A stretch of 64,000 nt of DNA from positions 1 to 64,000 of the forward strand of contig MQRK01213582.1 of the NCBI GenBank assembly GCA_001938485.1, read 5' to 3'. A program made the position numbers and the translations under genes. Every line of letters begins with the position of its first letter. The stretch's first letter is position 1. Source of the stretch: Girardia tigrina (taxonomy: Eukaryota). The notes under the pieces are model-generated. The model saw nothing but the letters and a program-made list of their open reading frames with translations, ran no database searches and was not told the DNA's origin. Shown here piece after piece: positions 28,100 through 42,637 of the stretch.

Positions 28100-29764
28100 A
28101 ATGATAAAACAGAAGTATGAGGTCTAATGGTATTTTTCTTTACATAGAAATTTGTTTCATAACATGAAAAAAGTAATGTATGAGGAAGGTCTTGTAAAAT
28201 AATGAAAATGTATAAAATCGAGAGTATGAATTAAATGATGAAGATCGATTTAAACACCTGGTGAAATGCACTAAAACTGAAAGACTAAGAGACTATCGAG
28301 CAAGGAACTCAATATCCAAAAATGCTACTGAAGAGTTACTTTCTTAAAGTAGCTTGTACTTTCCAGAAATGCTGAACAAAAGAATTATCAAAAAAACATT
28401 AATAACTTATATCTGAACACAGCACCCCAACTACATAGAACTGATGGATCTTATTCTCGCCGCATAAAGAAGATGCAAAACGAAGAATGGATGATTACAT
28501 AGAAAGTTGTTGGTTAATCACCGTATAGTAACAACAAATACCAAAAGAGAAATGGAAGGGTAGGTTTCATTATTCCTGTTGATACTTAGCTCCGGAACCA
28601 ATTGCTTTTATAACTTTGTAGGAGCCTGAGTCTGTGTCTCGTGTGGAAGCACTCAAGTTATTACAGGCCCCGCCATTACACGTAATCAGCAATCTCGCTC
28701 AGGATAGGATTGCCTTTCGGCTGTGGATTTCAAGTCCATGCTATTAATACAATACTGATCAGCAATTTTAACAAAAAACCATCAAACCTATAGGATTAAT
28801 GACCCCATAGTTTAATAGGGACAATACGGGAATATATGTGAAATTGGAATTACACATGTTAATAGAGTTAGGTATTTTTCATTTTTTTGGAAATTTCTGT
28901 GAATAAGCTTTTGATACACTTCCACAAATATAATTATATATTCAAATAACTAACTTTTTCATGAATTTAATATACTGTTCGTTCTGTTATCAAAGTTCCT
29001 TTGTAGGAATCATGGTAGCTGTAATTTTCAAGATATTACATGCCATGTGTAAGGTATACCAAATTTTAAAAAGAAGTTAAAAGAAACTTGTTCATACTTA
29101 TCAATACTTATGTTCTGATGTCTTTTTTCTTACCTCTCAAAATCAAACAAAATATAAAAAAGAACAATAAATAAATTCAATAACTTTTCCTAAGAAAAAG
29201 GTAAATAATGAAGGCTCAAAGACCGTGTTTACCGAATAATATTATTGTTATTTTCAAGACTAACTGGACAAAAAGATTTTTATTGAATCTCTCATTTATA
29301 TTCATTTTTTTCAGACTCTCTAATTTTTGACAGAAAAATTAATTTAAATAATTTAAAGACAATTTTACTAATTTATCCCAAAACTGATAGACAAATGCGG
29401 CTTAATTCTTCAACTGTTTCGAAATTTTGAAAATGGATTAAGAAATTTTACATTTCCATTAAATTCGTTTGGTAAACATTGATATTGTAAAATGTATTAA
29501 ATTTATCACTGGGATAAATTTTAGATAAATAAATAAAAATATTTAATATTGTATACGTATAATATATTTTGTATTTATGTATATTTATATATTTAATATT
29601 TCAATGCGAACCTGTCTGAAGTATGTAATACATGATATAATTATTAATTAACGGATAAATTAATTTAATATTATATATTAATAAAATAAATTAATTTTAT
29701 ATTTATTTATTCTGCTTAAATAAATATTGATTATTAATAATTATTAATATAATTTATTATTTTC

Positions 29765-29803
<39 letters not shown>
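28100..29803 (+). mobile_element. Highly degraded non-LTR retrotransposon debris ending in an (AAT)n tail
   Basis: AFDTLP (KAFD-like) RT motif at ~28905; RTE-type LAQDRIAFR at ~28695; no intact ORF; boundaries approximate. Confidence 0.45.
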
Positions 29804-29805
<2 letters not shown>

Positions 29806-29829
29806 TATTATTATTATTATTATTATTAT
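29765..29829. repeat. Self-complementary microsatellite (AAT)n-(ATT)n
   Basis: About 13 AAT units switching at ~29804 to about 8 ATT units. Confidence 0.9.
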
Positions 29830-30272
29830 AATGAGCCCTAAATGTTCTAATAGGACAAAAACATTCTTGGATAAAGCAAGGCATAACAATACATTACAAA
29901 ATTATATCAAGGGTTAAGATAACCTTCCAAATACTGTTATTCTAATCAAATAGGTCTAATAGATAGTCAGTCATAAGCAGAAGTTGATCTGAACAAAATG
30001 AGGTTGACTTATGGGTAATAAAGTCGTATGCTTATTAGGGTGATGAAATTTTAATTATTGTTTAAAATAATATAAAAATGTAGATCATTTTAACTGTTGG
30101 TAGGACATCAATTATAACAATAACGCAATTTAAAAATATTATTTTTTAGTCAATATTAATAATAAATAAATAATAGAATTATTTAGGTGTTTTCACTTGA
30201 AAATCTAATAAATAAATTAATTTTTAAAGATAACTTTCAAAACATAATGTCAAAAATATATTAAAAATATTA

Positions 30273-31531
30273 TTAGGTTGAGGAATAAGTTCCCGCCGTT
30301 TTTTGAATTTTTAATCAATTTTTAATCAATTTAATATTTAAATCAAATTTTTTGATTTAATGTTATATGTTATTTGAAAGTTATTGTTTTGCTCTAAAAA
30401 ATGGTGTATTTTGTTTTTTTATTCAGATTAATTTTTGTCGATTTTTAGAAATGGAGTGTCAAGTCGACAAAAATGAGCATTTTCGACACCATCTATTGTT
30501 TGCGTATAATCGAGATGCCAAAGCCGCAGAAGCTGCCCGAGAGCTTTGTGCTGTATACGGAGAAGGTGCTATAGCCGATAGAACCGCTCGTGATTGGTTC
30601 GCAAAATTTAAAATTGTATTCGTTCAGGACGATCAAATGAATTAGATGAAGAGCGTTTGAACAAACTTTTGCATGAAGACGCGCGCAAACCCCTCGAGAC
30701 TTGGCGGAACAAATGGATTGTGATAAAAAAATTATCGTGAACCACCTGAAATCAATGGGAAAAGTTCAAAAAATGGGAGCTTGTGTCCCACATCTTTTCA
30801 CCGAAAACAACAAAAACCAGCGATCCAAAATTTCGGCGAGTTTGCTTACCCGTCATTGCTCTACTCACGGTCATTAGCAACAATTTCTTTATCGAATTGT
30901 AACCGGTGATGAAAAATGGTGCCTGTACGTCAACATGAAACAGCGCAAAGAATGGAGTAGCCGAGAAGAACAATCGACACCGCGAGCAAAACAGGATCTT
31001 CATCCACGAAAGACAATGCTATGCGTTTGATGGGGTTGGGAAGGGATTAATCATTATGAATTGCTTCCTCGAAACCAAACAGTGAACGCAGAACTTTATG
31101 TTCAACAGCTGCATAGACTCAACGCCGCTATAAGACAAAAACATCCGAATCGACAACATGGCGTTATTGTGCAACACGACAATGCACGTCCTCATATTTC
31201 TAGTATGACAAAAAAAGCCATTCAAACGCTTGGTTGGGAAGTGTTACCGCACCCTCTGTATTCACCTGACTTGGATCCATCTGATTTTCATCTTTTCCGT
31301 TCACTTTCTAACGTTTTACGTGGTGTTTCGTTCAACAATGATGGAGAACTGCAAGTTTGATTTGCTGAATTCTTCGAGTCAAGACCGCGCGATTTCTACC
31401 AAAGTGGCATTGAAAAACTCGTTGAACGTTGGGAAGAAGTCGTGAACAATGATTAATTTGTAGTAACATTTTTGTTAAAAAATAAAATTTTAATTTTTCA
31501 AAAAACGACGGGAACTTATTTCTCAACCCAA
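30273..31531 (+). mobile_element. Near full-length mariner (cecropia-like TIR), transposase pseudogene
   Basis: TIRs TTAGGTTGAGGAATAAGTTCCCGCCG / CGACGGGAACTTATTTCTCAACCCAA with flanking TA; NEHFRHHLLF, CVPHL, TGDEKW, HDNARPH, YSPDLDPSDFHLF motifs broken by frameshifts. Confidence 0.97.
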
Positions 31532-33907
31532 TAGTTAAGCTTAAAAAATATTTTAAAATTATATTTCTCATTTTATTAATTGCTTAACCGGATGTGTTAA
31601 TTCTAAATAACATTATTTTACAATTTCCATAGTAATATTTTTCTTCGTTAAATAAGCGACCAATTTTCAAATAAAATTGTAATTATAAATTAAAAATATT
31701 GCCAATTATTAGTAGATTTCTTCAATGATTAATATATAGGATTTGAGGACTTTTTTGACCGTATTAATTAAAACTTTGCTTTTTCCTTGCACAAGGTAAT
31801 ACATTATAATTAAACAGAGTCATTGCTGAGGTTCTTAGTTTGAGTTGCGAGCATTTTTACTTTCTTTCTTTAAGGTTATTAACAAATGAAGAATTAGAGT
31901 CTAAGAGAAAAAATTAAATATTTAGAGTGGAAAGGAATACTTTATTTTGAATCTTTTCTAATTCATCATCCACTATCACCGCAGAAAGTGCAAATCGTTC
32001 TCGAGAACACTTAGATTTATCTTCTTCTCTTCCAAAAACAAAAACATGCTTTCAAATCAATGACCATTCTAATGGGTTAATATAAAACCATTAAGTACCA
32101 GATTTATTTACATGCTGTCCTCGAGGTGTTTAACCTCTCAATCTACTAATTTCTATTATAATGCTAACAAATGCAATAATCTTCCGCAGATACATGTTTC
32201 AGGAATACTAACAGAGGTCAGTATTTGAAAATTCTAACGTCAACCACTTAATAAAAATTAAAAACTAGAGATACCAAAATGGTACTTGTGGCACCGAATG
32301 AGTTAAAAATTGTTTTAATAATCCTCTTACTCGTAAACATATATACCTGATAAATAATTTACATTTCTAGTTTTCACTAAAAAACCTATCAAATAGAAAG
32401 TTGATGAACCTACAGTCCTTTTTAATGATTGGTCGTAAATTATTTACTCAAAATTTTTAAAATAAATTACAATTATTTTAATAAAACTTCTATAAAAAGA
32501 TTTCATAATAGGCATTATTCTTTGCAGTATTTATAATTTTAATTTCGAAACATTCATGAATATATGTCCTGACATCGTACATAACATGTCCGTAAGTGAA
32601 AACTGGTTTTTTAAAGAGTACATTCTCTTTGTCGCCGATTCCTTCTTTGCAAATGACAATCACAATGAAAATTATTGTTTTCAAAACTTTCAAGTAGCTC
32701 TTTAAGATAATACAAAAGAAGAAATAAATCCGAAAAAATAATACATTATATTTTCAGAAGATCAAAATCAACACAAATTCTACCAGTTTTACAAATGTCA
32801 AATTTTTTGGGTAATACAGTTTAGTCAAACAAACTACCGTTTTTCTTTTTTCAATTATTTATATTTATTCATAATTTTGTTATCACATGCTCAATTTTCA
32901 AAAAAAAACAAACAATAATTGGTTTTCCAATCTCCTAATAACTTAAAATTTTGTAGTGAGTCTAGAACATTTGCACAGTTTTTCAATTTTTTTCCGATCC
33001 GCCAACCCGTTCTCATTCTCATATTTCATATCGGTAATATTTTTTAAAAGCCATTCGGTTTGGTTTACCATACTGTTATTAGCTCATTCCTGTGTGTGCC
33101 ACAAATTTACTAAACGATTTTTGTCACACTTTCAGTGGTCAAATTTGGTCTAAATGTGTAAACCCAATGACAATACAATGAATCAATTAAGACATTTTCT
33201 ATCTGAATGATTGCAAAATAATTATTTTCAAAAAAAAACAAATTTGTTATTGCCCTGTATTTATTCCAAATTTATAAATGAAATAGAAAACAAATTAAAT
33301 TAAAATTTATGTTTTTTTATTTATCATAATTTTATGAATTTTCGGCATTTTTCATAATAAATACAGTTGTTTACTTATTAACTAGTTGTTTTAGTTATAT
33401 ATTTGTCATTTTCAAAAGAAAATTTATTGATTTTCTGCACTCGGACTATTCCATTTATCTATAATTTTGTCATGTTTAGAATACATTTTAGAATACAAAC
33501 AGTGCTTTTAAGACCAGGCTGTAAGCAAATGACTCCACATTATTCAGTCAAAAATATTCGACTTGGACTGATTAGTTCGAGATTCCACCATGATACCACA
33601 GTTGCACTGCACATAAACACATATATTACAATGCTCCTCTTAATTTGTTGGTCATTATGTCACCTCAACAAGTTCGTTGAAAATTTTGCGAATTTGTAAA
33701 TCTATTTTTGAGAGACGTTTATTCGCATAGTCATTGTTTAAAAAATTTGTAATTTATTTGTAATCTATATGTGAGGATATTAAATGAGGATCTAGAAATA
33801 TAAAAAGAATATAAAGAAAAGTAAATTATTTTTGCTATTTTTATCCATTGAATCATGTCTTAATTTAAAAACTTCAATGGTATTAAAATGATGAAAAACG
33901 ACATTTT

Positions 33908-34030
33908 GTTATAAAAATATTTCGACTTAATATCCGGCATCATCAGATACCTCTGATCTCAGATTTATTCCAGTTTCCAGATGGTTTTGAGTATTGGTTT
34001 TTGGATTATTTCAATAAACAGAGATGAAGA
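33908..34030 (-). mobile_element. Penelope-like element remnant with degenerate hammerhead motif
   Basis: Minus strand SLFIEIIQKPIL resembles the GIY-YIG C-terminal ESLxI..KPxLN motif, followed by CTGATGA-TGCC...GTC-GAAA. Confidence 0.45.
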
Positions 34031-34310
34031 ATAAAATAAGACATTGAAATCAGAATTCTGTATATATGAAATTAATAAGTGGAATAATTTTAAAAAATAA
34101 AAAATATCTTAATCGGGAGCGGACATCAGACTAGTTAATTTAGAATCAGACTGAAAATGAAATAACTAAACTGTCCCAATGAATATTCTCCGTCCTCTCT
34201 CTTTTTCTTTAGTCTTTTAAAATGAAATTAATAGTTACGATCACTTAGTGAAATTTACGGTGATTGATATAAATAATTTCAATTATTTTATATTGATTTA
34301 TTTTAATATA

Positions 34311-34680
34311 TACAGGGTAGTCATTAGAAAACTGAAAATTAAAAAAATATATAATTGATGTTTTTTTCTAAATTGCTTTAAGCAAGTAAAATGCCTTGTA
34401 AAATTATCAATATTATATATTTTATACAAGAAATAGTTTATAGAATCAAAACACCTGCCAAAGGTGTGATCAATTATGACTTAATGAAACCTGGTTCGTT
34501 GATCCCAACAGACAGCAAAGACATGCAACTGGATGAGGTAACTCAAAGAAAAACAGCCAAGACGATGCAAAACTACATACTATATTTAAGACCTTGACAA
34601 AACTATTGGAACTCTAGATGGAATTTCTCACTAGACCTAGCCCAAACTGACTACAATTTCTTTCTCAATCTAAACTGTGA
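34311..34680 (+). mobile_element. Deleted mariner remnant
   Basis: TA-CAGGGTAGTCATTAGAAAACT terminus; GVINYDLMKPG and DLAQTDY motifs, related to the 39.4-40.4 kb element. Confidence 0.55.
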
Positions 34681-36013
34681 GTATGAATAGGTACGTAATA
34701 AATATTGTTTATTACTACCTGAAATAACTAAGATTACTTATATAATAATTATTGTGTGATTGCTGATGACATAGATTGTGTAAAGTCAGTTGTGATGATA
34801 CTATAAAATGGGTTACTTGTCTGATTTTGAATGTATGCTGAATGTATGTTGATAGTATGTGTGTGTTTGAGAGTGTAAACCAATGAAAAGGCTTTGAAAA
34901 TGTGAGTCATTATAACATCACTATTTTCCCCATTAAATAGTTGAGATTATGGATATTGTGTTATAATTAATAAATCTTAGAATGGGAATTAGTCATTTTA
35001 TTCCGAGATACCGTTAAAGTGACCTTTCAGGAATTTATATTTATTCAAATGTCCTCAAAAAGCTGTAAATAATATTACTACATACTTTGATGAATGACAT
35101 CAATTTTTGTATTGGTAAATTATCAATAAACTTTGAATTTAGTTCTACAAATTTTATACTTGACGACCCAATATTTATATTTATTAAAATGCTATTAATT
35201 TTTAAATTACAATTCTTATATTTATTGATCTTTTTCTGAAAAGATTCATTTTAAAGGTTTTTGTTTTTTTGTTTTACATTTTGCTTTAATATTTAAAAAG
35301 AAAAATAGAAAAAAAAGATTTTTTTTTAATTTGTTTTAATTTTTTTTCAAATTAAAATCGACGACTTGTGTATAGAAATATGGTTTTAGATTATATTTTT
35401 AAGGGATATTTTTTACTTGTCAGTTCAGTTGAGACGCCAGACTAATTAAATATAAACATTCTTAATTAATTAATGTTGAAATATTTAAACAAAGAAAATA
35501 AGAAAATTAGTTTTAATTAATGATACTTTAACTAGATTTTTTTTCATTTGAAAAGTTTTAAATGGAAATAGATAAAAAATACTTTTATCTATCAATTTAT
35601 AAATGTTTAAGTTTTAGTAAAACTTTTTAAATAAACTCTCTGTAAATAAATTAAAAAAAATTGAAACAAAGGTTCTCGACGAATCAGCCGGAGAAAGAAT
35701 ATTCAAAATCAACAGGAAAAAAGAAGATAAATAGGTGAATGTTCATTCTCTATGTTTTGTTTCAGAAGAGAAGATTCATTTAACTATCAAACGTAAAAAT
35801 ATCAATAATTTTCGATTGATTTATAAAAGATGAAATTTATAATTGATTAAAACTTTGGTCATTTATTAGCATTATCAAAAGCACTAATATGATTTTCATT
35901 ATTTTTATTAAGAACTCAATTTTAATTGTTTTCGAGACAATTAACAATATATCTTCCACTATTTATTATTTTTCTCAATTAGTATTTATCTTTTTCCCAT
36001 TCTTTTTATTAGC

Positions 36014-36052
<39 letters not shown>

Positions 36053-36949
36053 ACCATCAAGTCTGCTGATCTGTCGATAAATAACGGCAAGTGCTTGTTA
36101 TGTTTGCCGAGACTAATGACGATCAGGTATGGAATGTGAAAATGTTTTTCGAAGAGAGTTGAAGACAGCCTATATATCGATAGATAATGGCACGTGCTTA
36201 TAATGCCTGCTGAGACGGTTGACAATTCGTCACATTGAGGAAGTTGTTGTTAAATATCTTTCCCAGAAAAGAATTTGTTTCACCTAGCCCCCATCCATTA
36301 CCTTTTGTTGCTATTATTCTTCAATTTTTAATCCACTCATCATTATCACCCAATCTTTTAAAACGGATTCTATTACGAAAAATAATAATAAAATAAAAAC
36401 CGGCTGCAGGAGTTAGAAGTGAGTCAATGAAATATCAGTTCATAAACTGATGGTTGCGAAATATTTACAGGCCCAACAAATAATAAAATCTTTGCCGGGT
36501 AAAATCAGGAAAATACAATTTGAGCATAATGTATTGAATTATCGCAAGAAGGTTGTTAAGATAGTCTCCTAAGAGAAGCCTGGAGTGATTCTGGAGACAG
36601 CTACTAGAATCGAAGAAAGGGCAGTCAATGATTCAGAAAAGAAAATTTCTGTTTTATCTCAAACAATTTACAGGTAGATATGTTTTTTCTGTAGTCAACC
36701 GCATGAGTCGATCTAAAAAACGGCGTAAACTAAGGAAGCGGAAGACTGAATTATTTCAAAAAGCCGAGATTGAGTTTTAATCAATTTATGATCCTGTGCC
36801 TTTGAGTTCTTACTTTGAAGAGCACAATATGACTAAAAAAGACTACTTAGGTGTAAATGAGACTACCAGATTTGAAATTAATTGGTAAATTTGCTATCAT
36901 TACCAACTGAAAAGGAACTAATTAAGAAACAGAAATGGTTTCTTTCCAC

Positions 36950-37340
36950 GTGATCTTCAGCATTCTCCTGTATCACTTCATTTCAAACGCCGTAAGTCTA
37001 TCCATACTCTTCTGATTTATTGTCCAACTGTCACATCCATAGAAGAGTGTTGCCTTAGTGATCTTTAATATGCTCTTCGGATGGATTCCTTTGAGGTTAA
37101 AAACTGTGCTAAGTTTAATCATTGCGCTTGTTGATATACCAATCTGGCTTCTGATTTCTTCTTCGCTTCCCCCATTCTCTGTGATAGTAGAGCCTAAATA
37201 TTTGAAACTCTTAACTTGTTCCAGCTTCTCCCCTTCAATGAAAATCTCTAGTTTAACCTCGTTGTTATGGTTTCCTGAAACTATTACTTTGCTTTTTTTT
37301 CTGTTGATTTCCATTCCAAAATGGCTCCATTCGTAAAGGC
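36950..37340 (-). mobile_element. RTE-like LINE RT C-terminal fragment
   Basis: GMEINRKKSKVI...LEQVKSFKYLGSTI...LFYGCDSWT...RLTAFEMK. Confidence 0.85.
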
Positions 37341-39399
37341 TCTTAATAATAATAATGTTTCGAGACATACTAATACCTAAATATAAGAGATATCATTAAG
37401 GGACCATTATTAGAAACGTAAGTAACTTGATTATCTTCAACTGTCAAGAATTTACTCTGTAGATAGAAGTGATCAGATTTGTAAAGGATATGGCTGAGCG
37501 TACAATGTGTATACTGGGGTACAGCTTTTTGAAAAGGGAGTTGGGTCGAATGAGGCTTTAAAACAGAAGAATAATAAGTAGAACCTTTCAAAAAAATATT
37601 TATTCTTAGATAAAACTATTCGAACCCAAGACAACAAGAGAATTTAACTCAACAATTAGCTATATAATAATTTTTTTCTACAAATTGAGATACAGAGGTT
37701 TTATGGGTAGTGACTTCCATTCTAAATTGTAAAATTTATTACATATTTATTTATGATAATTATTTTGTTATTTTTATAATCAATCAAACGTTTTAATTGA
37801 GATGAGTTACTGAATTCATATTACATTATTATTTTTTACTTTTCCACTATACTTTTATCATTTTTACAATATTTATTATTATATTTAATATAAATGAACC
37901 TTCTTTCATTCTTTCAGAACATCCTTAAATGTTTTTTTGTCATTTGGATAATGTCTAGAATAACTGAATTTTGGAATTAAATTTTAAACTTTTGAAGGGG
38001 TATTACAATTTTATATCGTGAAAATACTTTAAAATAATATCCTTGGATAAAATATTTTTTCAATTAAATAAAATTAGTATAAAAAATAAAAATCAAGTGT
38101 TCAAAAAAGTAATATCGTCTATGAACATTATGAAAGATTAATTTTTTATGGAGTTTCTTTTTTATCAATAACTCAGGTAAATATATTGAAAAATAATTAT
38201 TAAAAATATTTTAATAAATAGATAAATTAATCTTTTTTAATAAAATTATGCATTGAAAAGTAAACTTTTATTTTCAAAAAATTTGTTACTTTAAATCTTT
38301 TCTTGTTATAATAATAAATAAGTCTTAAGATAAAATAATTATTTACTTTTGAAAAGTTATATTCATTTTTATTTGTACTTATATTCAGCGGAATATTCAT
38401 AATCGAAAACATTTTTATTCTATAATGTTTGATAAATAAACTTAAAACTTGATTTAAAGGAACAAAATATAATACTAAATATTTGATTTCGATAAAAAAA
38501 ATTTTCTACGCTTATTTTATAGAAATTCCAATAATAATAAATAATTATGAAAAAAGAATTATAATAATTATTATTATTAATATTATTTCTAAAACTACAC
38601 TCATATCTTAAATAATAAATTTATATTTTTTTTAATTTCAAAAACACATGAAAAATTTTCTTTTTTTAAATTAATTGTTTAAATTAATGATTTAATGTGA
38701 CTGTTTAAAGGAAGGAAAGGGTGTCAAAATAATCAATAAAATGTTAAAATAATATTTTTTTAAAATTTATTATCTTAAAATTAAACAAAATTTAAACTCT
38801 CATTACAAAATAACAGAAAATATTTTTAAAAATATTAATTTTATATTATTAAAAAATGTTTAACTTTTCTGATTAATTAAGAATAATCAGGTTAAAATTT
38901 TTTTTTTAATAAATAATATTTTTTTTAATAATATTATCATTTTTTAATTTATCATTGATATTTATTATTTTAGTTTTCCCTAATGATTTCAGTATCAAAT
39001 ATCCTTGAACAAAACATCAAACATTTGATACGAGCACAAATATCACTTTTTAATATACGAAATAATAATTGATATTGATACATCTTCACTTTATACTTTT
39101 GGAGGTTTAACGCTTCATTATTTTTAATTATTAATAAAATTATCTTTATAATTACATCATGTATATATTTTGGTAAATTTTTATATATTCATTAGTTAAA
39201 TATTTATTTATCTGACTTTAATGTTTTGTTTTTATTATTTCTTTCTGATTTATTTTCCAATTTATTTCCCAATTTCATTTTCGTTGTTAAAATAAAAGGT
39301 AAACAAAATAACTTTGATTTTATATTATATTGTTTTTAACAAGTTATTTTTATAATTATTATTTGAGGTCGTCAAGTATGAAATTTGTAGAACTAAAAT

Positions 39400-40360
39400 C
39401 AAAGTTTTTGATAATTTACCTATACAAATATTTATGTCATTCATCAAAGTATGTACCCTTATTATCGACACTCTTTTACCATTTGAGTGGCAACTTGTTG
39501 AGGCAATTTGAATATAAATTTGTTGGGCAGGAATATATTTAAAAAGTCGCGCAGAGAGTATGTTGGGGAGTATAGAGGAGGATACAAAAGTTCTAACTTA
39601 AGTTCTTGTAGTTTTGTAACGGTTTTAAGTGGTTTAACATTGGCATGGGACAAGATGGGTATCGACCTATTTAACAAAGCGGCAATTTTTCTGAGTTTCT
39701 GCATTTTATCTTCTAATTGGTTGCAGTAGACATCTGCTGGGATCGACAAATCAGGTTTCATGAAGTTATAATGGAGTACATATGCGACAAACAGCCAAAC
39801 AATCATCATCAACTTCTTTTGATGAATGTTGTGCTTAGGACTTTGTTTTAGTGTATCATTCGTATCCACCCGGCTTGCAGAAAGTTTGAAATTGTCATAT
39901 TGGATCAACTTTTCATCACAAGTAACGATTCGATTTTAAAAGAAATCACATTAATAAAGAGAAACCATAATCAAGCAACAATCCAAAGCTTTTGTTTCTG
40001 CTTTTCATTCAAATCATGTTGAATTAACTTATCAAAAATTTTACATTTTACAAATTTGAGCCAAGTTATTGAGTACTGTTTGCTTTGAAACCACAAACGC
40101 TAGCGATAAATCATAAGGACTTTGTGATTAATTTCGATTACCTTCATTTCTTCACTGTTTATCTGCGTTTCTGGGCAACTCTAGACTCATTAATGACATT
40201 AAAATTACCTTTAGTGAATTACCTGAACCAATTTAGACTGTGTGCTGCATAATAGCATTTTATCCAAAAACACTATTGATGTTTTGCAAGGATTTTGATG
40301 GTGAGATTCCAAGTAGGAACACGCGTTTCATAATAGTTTTCTTTCTTTTTGATTTTTTTA
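39400..40360 (-). mobile_element. Degenerate mariner
   Basis: IVTCDEK, KKLMMIVW, HYNFMKP, YPPLYSP motifs on the minus strand; termini eroded. Confidence 0.8.
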
Positions 40361-40551
40361 AAATACTGATTATCAATAATTTTAATTAATTGATTAAAGC
40401 GTTCAAAAACCAATTGTAGTGCCCGCGATTTCAGCATTAAATTTTAATTTAATTTAAATTAACTTAATGCCGCCCGGCGGAATCAAATGTATGATTTTTA
40501 TTTTATATTTTCATTCTTTATTTAATTAATATTTTTATGTCTCCCATCTTC

Positions 40552-41328
40552 TCAATACATTTATTGACATCACAACTTGAATTGCCTCCAAGACAATTCT
40601 CCACAAAAATTTTGTAGTTAGACATCGTCCTTGATTGAAATATTAAATTCTATTTCTAAACGTCTTATTATTCGAACAAATTAAAATTACAAATAATTTT
40701 AAATTATTTTTAAAACTATTTTTATTTATTTGAAATATATTATTTTTGATTAAAATATTATTATATTTTTATTGATTAAAATTATTAATAATTTAATTTT
40801 AAAGTTGTTATTTACATTTTTAAATTTTCCAAATAATTCGAAGTTTCAAAACATTCAAAATATCAATCTTCCATCTGAGTTGAACAAACATAATCCTAAA
40901 AAACAACATACAATAAACAACATTCGAAAATATTCATCATAATATCAATGTGAATATTCACAAGATCATATATTTATAGAAATGATATATTATCAACTAA
41001 TTAAAAAAGTAAACAAAATAATCACTCTCTAACACAGTGGTTCTCGACTTTTTTTTCATATAGCGCCCCCTTTTTATAAATTTTGGAAACGTAAACTTTC
41101 CAGCGCCCCCCCCCCTTCTCCCAAAGAAAATTTATCTTATTCCAAAGAAAAAAAGATGGCAAAAATTGGTGAATTAATAAAAAATTCAAATTCAACATAA
41201 AAACTCACACAAAAGAAGAAGGAAAAAAACGATTGTATAAACGATTTAACGAGGTTATCACATTTTAAATAACTTTTTAATTAAAAGTAAAACTATTTAT
41301 CAAAAAAATATTTTCAAAGTTTTTTTTT
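40552..41328 (+). repeat. Copy A of a ~780-bp duplication (unnamed-family sequence plus Buster hAT end at 41035)
   Basis: Nearly identical to 58514-59296, including the flank CTCTAACA|CAGTGGTTCT junction. Confidence 0.9.
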
Positions 41329-41343
41329 CAAATGGGGGCCGAA

Positions 41344-41492
41344 AATAAATTTGAGCAAAAAGTCAAAATTAAATTTTAAAGACAAATTCAATTGATATTT
41401 TTGTTTTAATAATCAGAATAAATTTGAGCAAAAAGTCAAAATTAAATTTTAAAGACAAATTCAATTGATATTTTTGTTTTAATAATCAGAAT
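41344..41492. repeat. Exact 73-bp tandem duplication
   Basis: AATAAATTTGAGCAAAAAGTC...AATAATCAG starts at 41344 and again at 41417. Confidence 0.9.
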
Positions 41493-42090
41493 TGTACGCA
41501 TTTTCAAAACTAATAATAAAGATTTTGTGTCATATTTTTTTCATTTTTCACACACAAAACCAATCAAACAAAATGCCTGAACAACCAAATGTCAAGTCTG
41601 TCAAATTATAACTGTTTTGAATTTATTGTAATCATACTTACAAATTTTATACCTGAAAACCTATTACACCTGTAATATTACTTCCATTATTTATTTATAA
41701 TATTTGCATACCTTTAAAAAATGGATATTTAAAAATTTTTTTAAAAATGCTTTATCATATTTTGAGACTGAAATGAAATTCAAAACTTTTTTACAAACAA
41801 TATTCTTAATAATAAATTTTTGTCAAGTAAAAAAAACTTTGAACTTGAAAATAAACGTTTCATTGAACTATTCCAAAATTTATTTATTAATTTTTTAGTT
41901 TTCACAAATATTCAAAATATACCGACAATTTATTTATTTATCCTTCCGTTTCCTTTATTTCCTTTTCAGAAAAGTAATTGACAATATTCTAAAATTATTA
42001 TTATTAAATTACTTAAATTAATTGAAATTTAATTTTTATTTTTTTTTGTAAATATTATTATTGATATGATCTGAAAATTGACTCTTTTAG

Positions 42091-42548
42091 GAAAAGTTCG
42101 AACAATTGGACCTATTGATAGAGAAAAAATTAGAACTCTAAGCTTTCTCATAACCGCTCGAAATGAAGCAAATTATCAAAATAAAAATTTAATGGATCCA
42201 GAATGTATGGTTGTTATTACAATTGAAGATGAAAATGATAATCCACCAGTATTTTCTTTGGTATCTCCTTCTTCTTCAGTTGTAACATTTACTATAAACA
42301 AGCATTTTAAACATGAGAATTGCCAATTAATTCCATACACTGTTTCTGATGCCGACCACGATGCTTCAAGCTCCGACAATTGTTGTACTCTTCAATTAGA
42401 CAACGATTACGACGGTTCAATCTATCTTCTTCCTAATACTCCAAATTTATTATGTTTAAAGAATACTGTATCTGCCCCACAACGATATCAAATTTTTCTT
42501 ACAGCAACGGATAACAAACATCATGGAAACAAAAAACTACAAGCTAAA
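42091..42548 (+). CDS. Protocadherin coding exon 2: rest of EC6 and most of EC7
   Basis: Acceptor CTTTTAG| at 42090; phase 1 restores DQNTG-KVRTIGPIDRE; DENDNPP, SDAD and ATD motifs; donor AAA|GTTAGT at 42548, phase 0. Confidence 0.92.
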
Positions 42549-42637
42549 GTTAGTTTAATAAATTTTTTAATTAAAATTTTTACATAAAGAAATTTATTTT
42601 AATATTGTCATTGATTATATTTTTATTTTATTATTTA

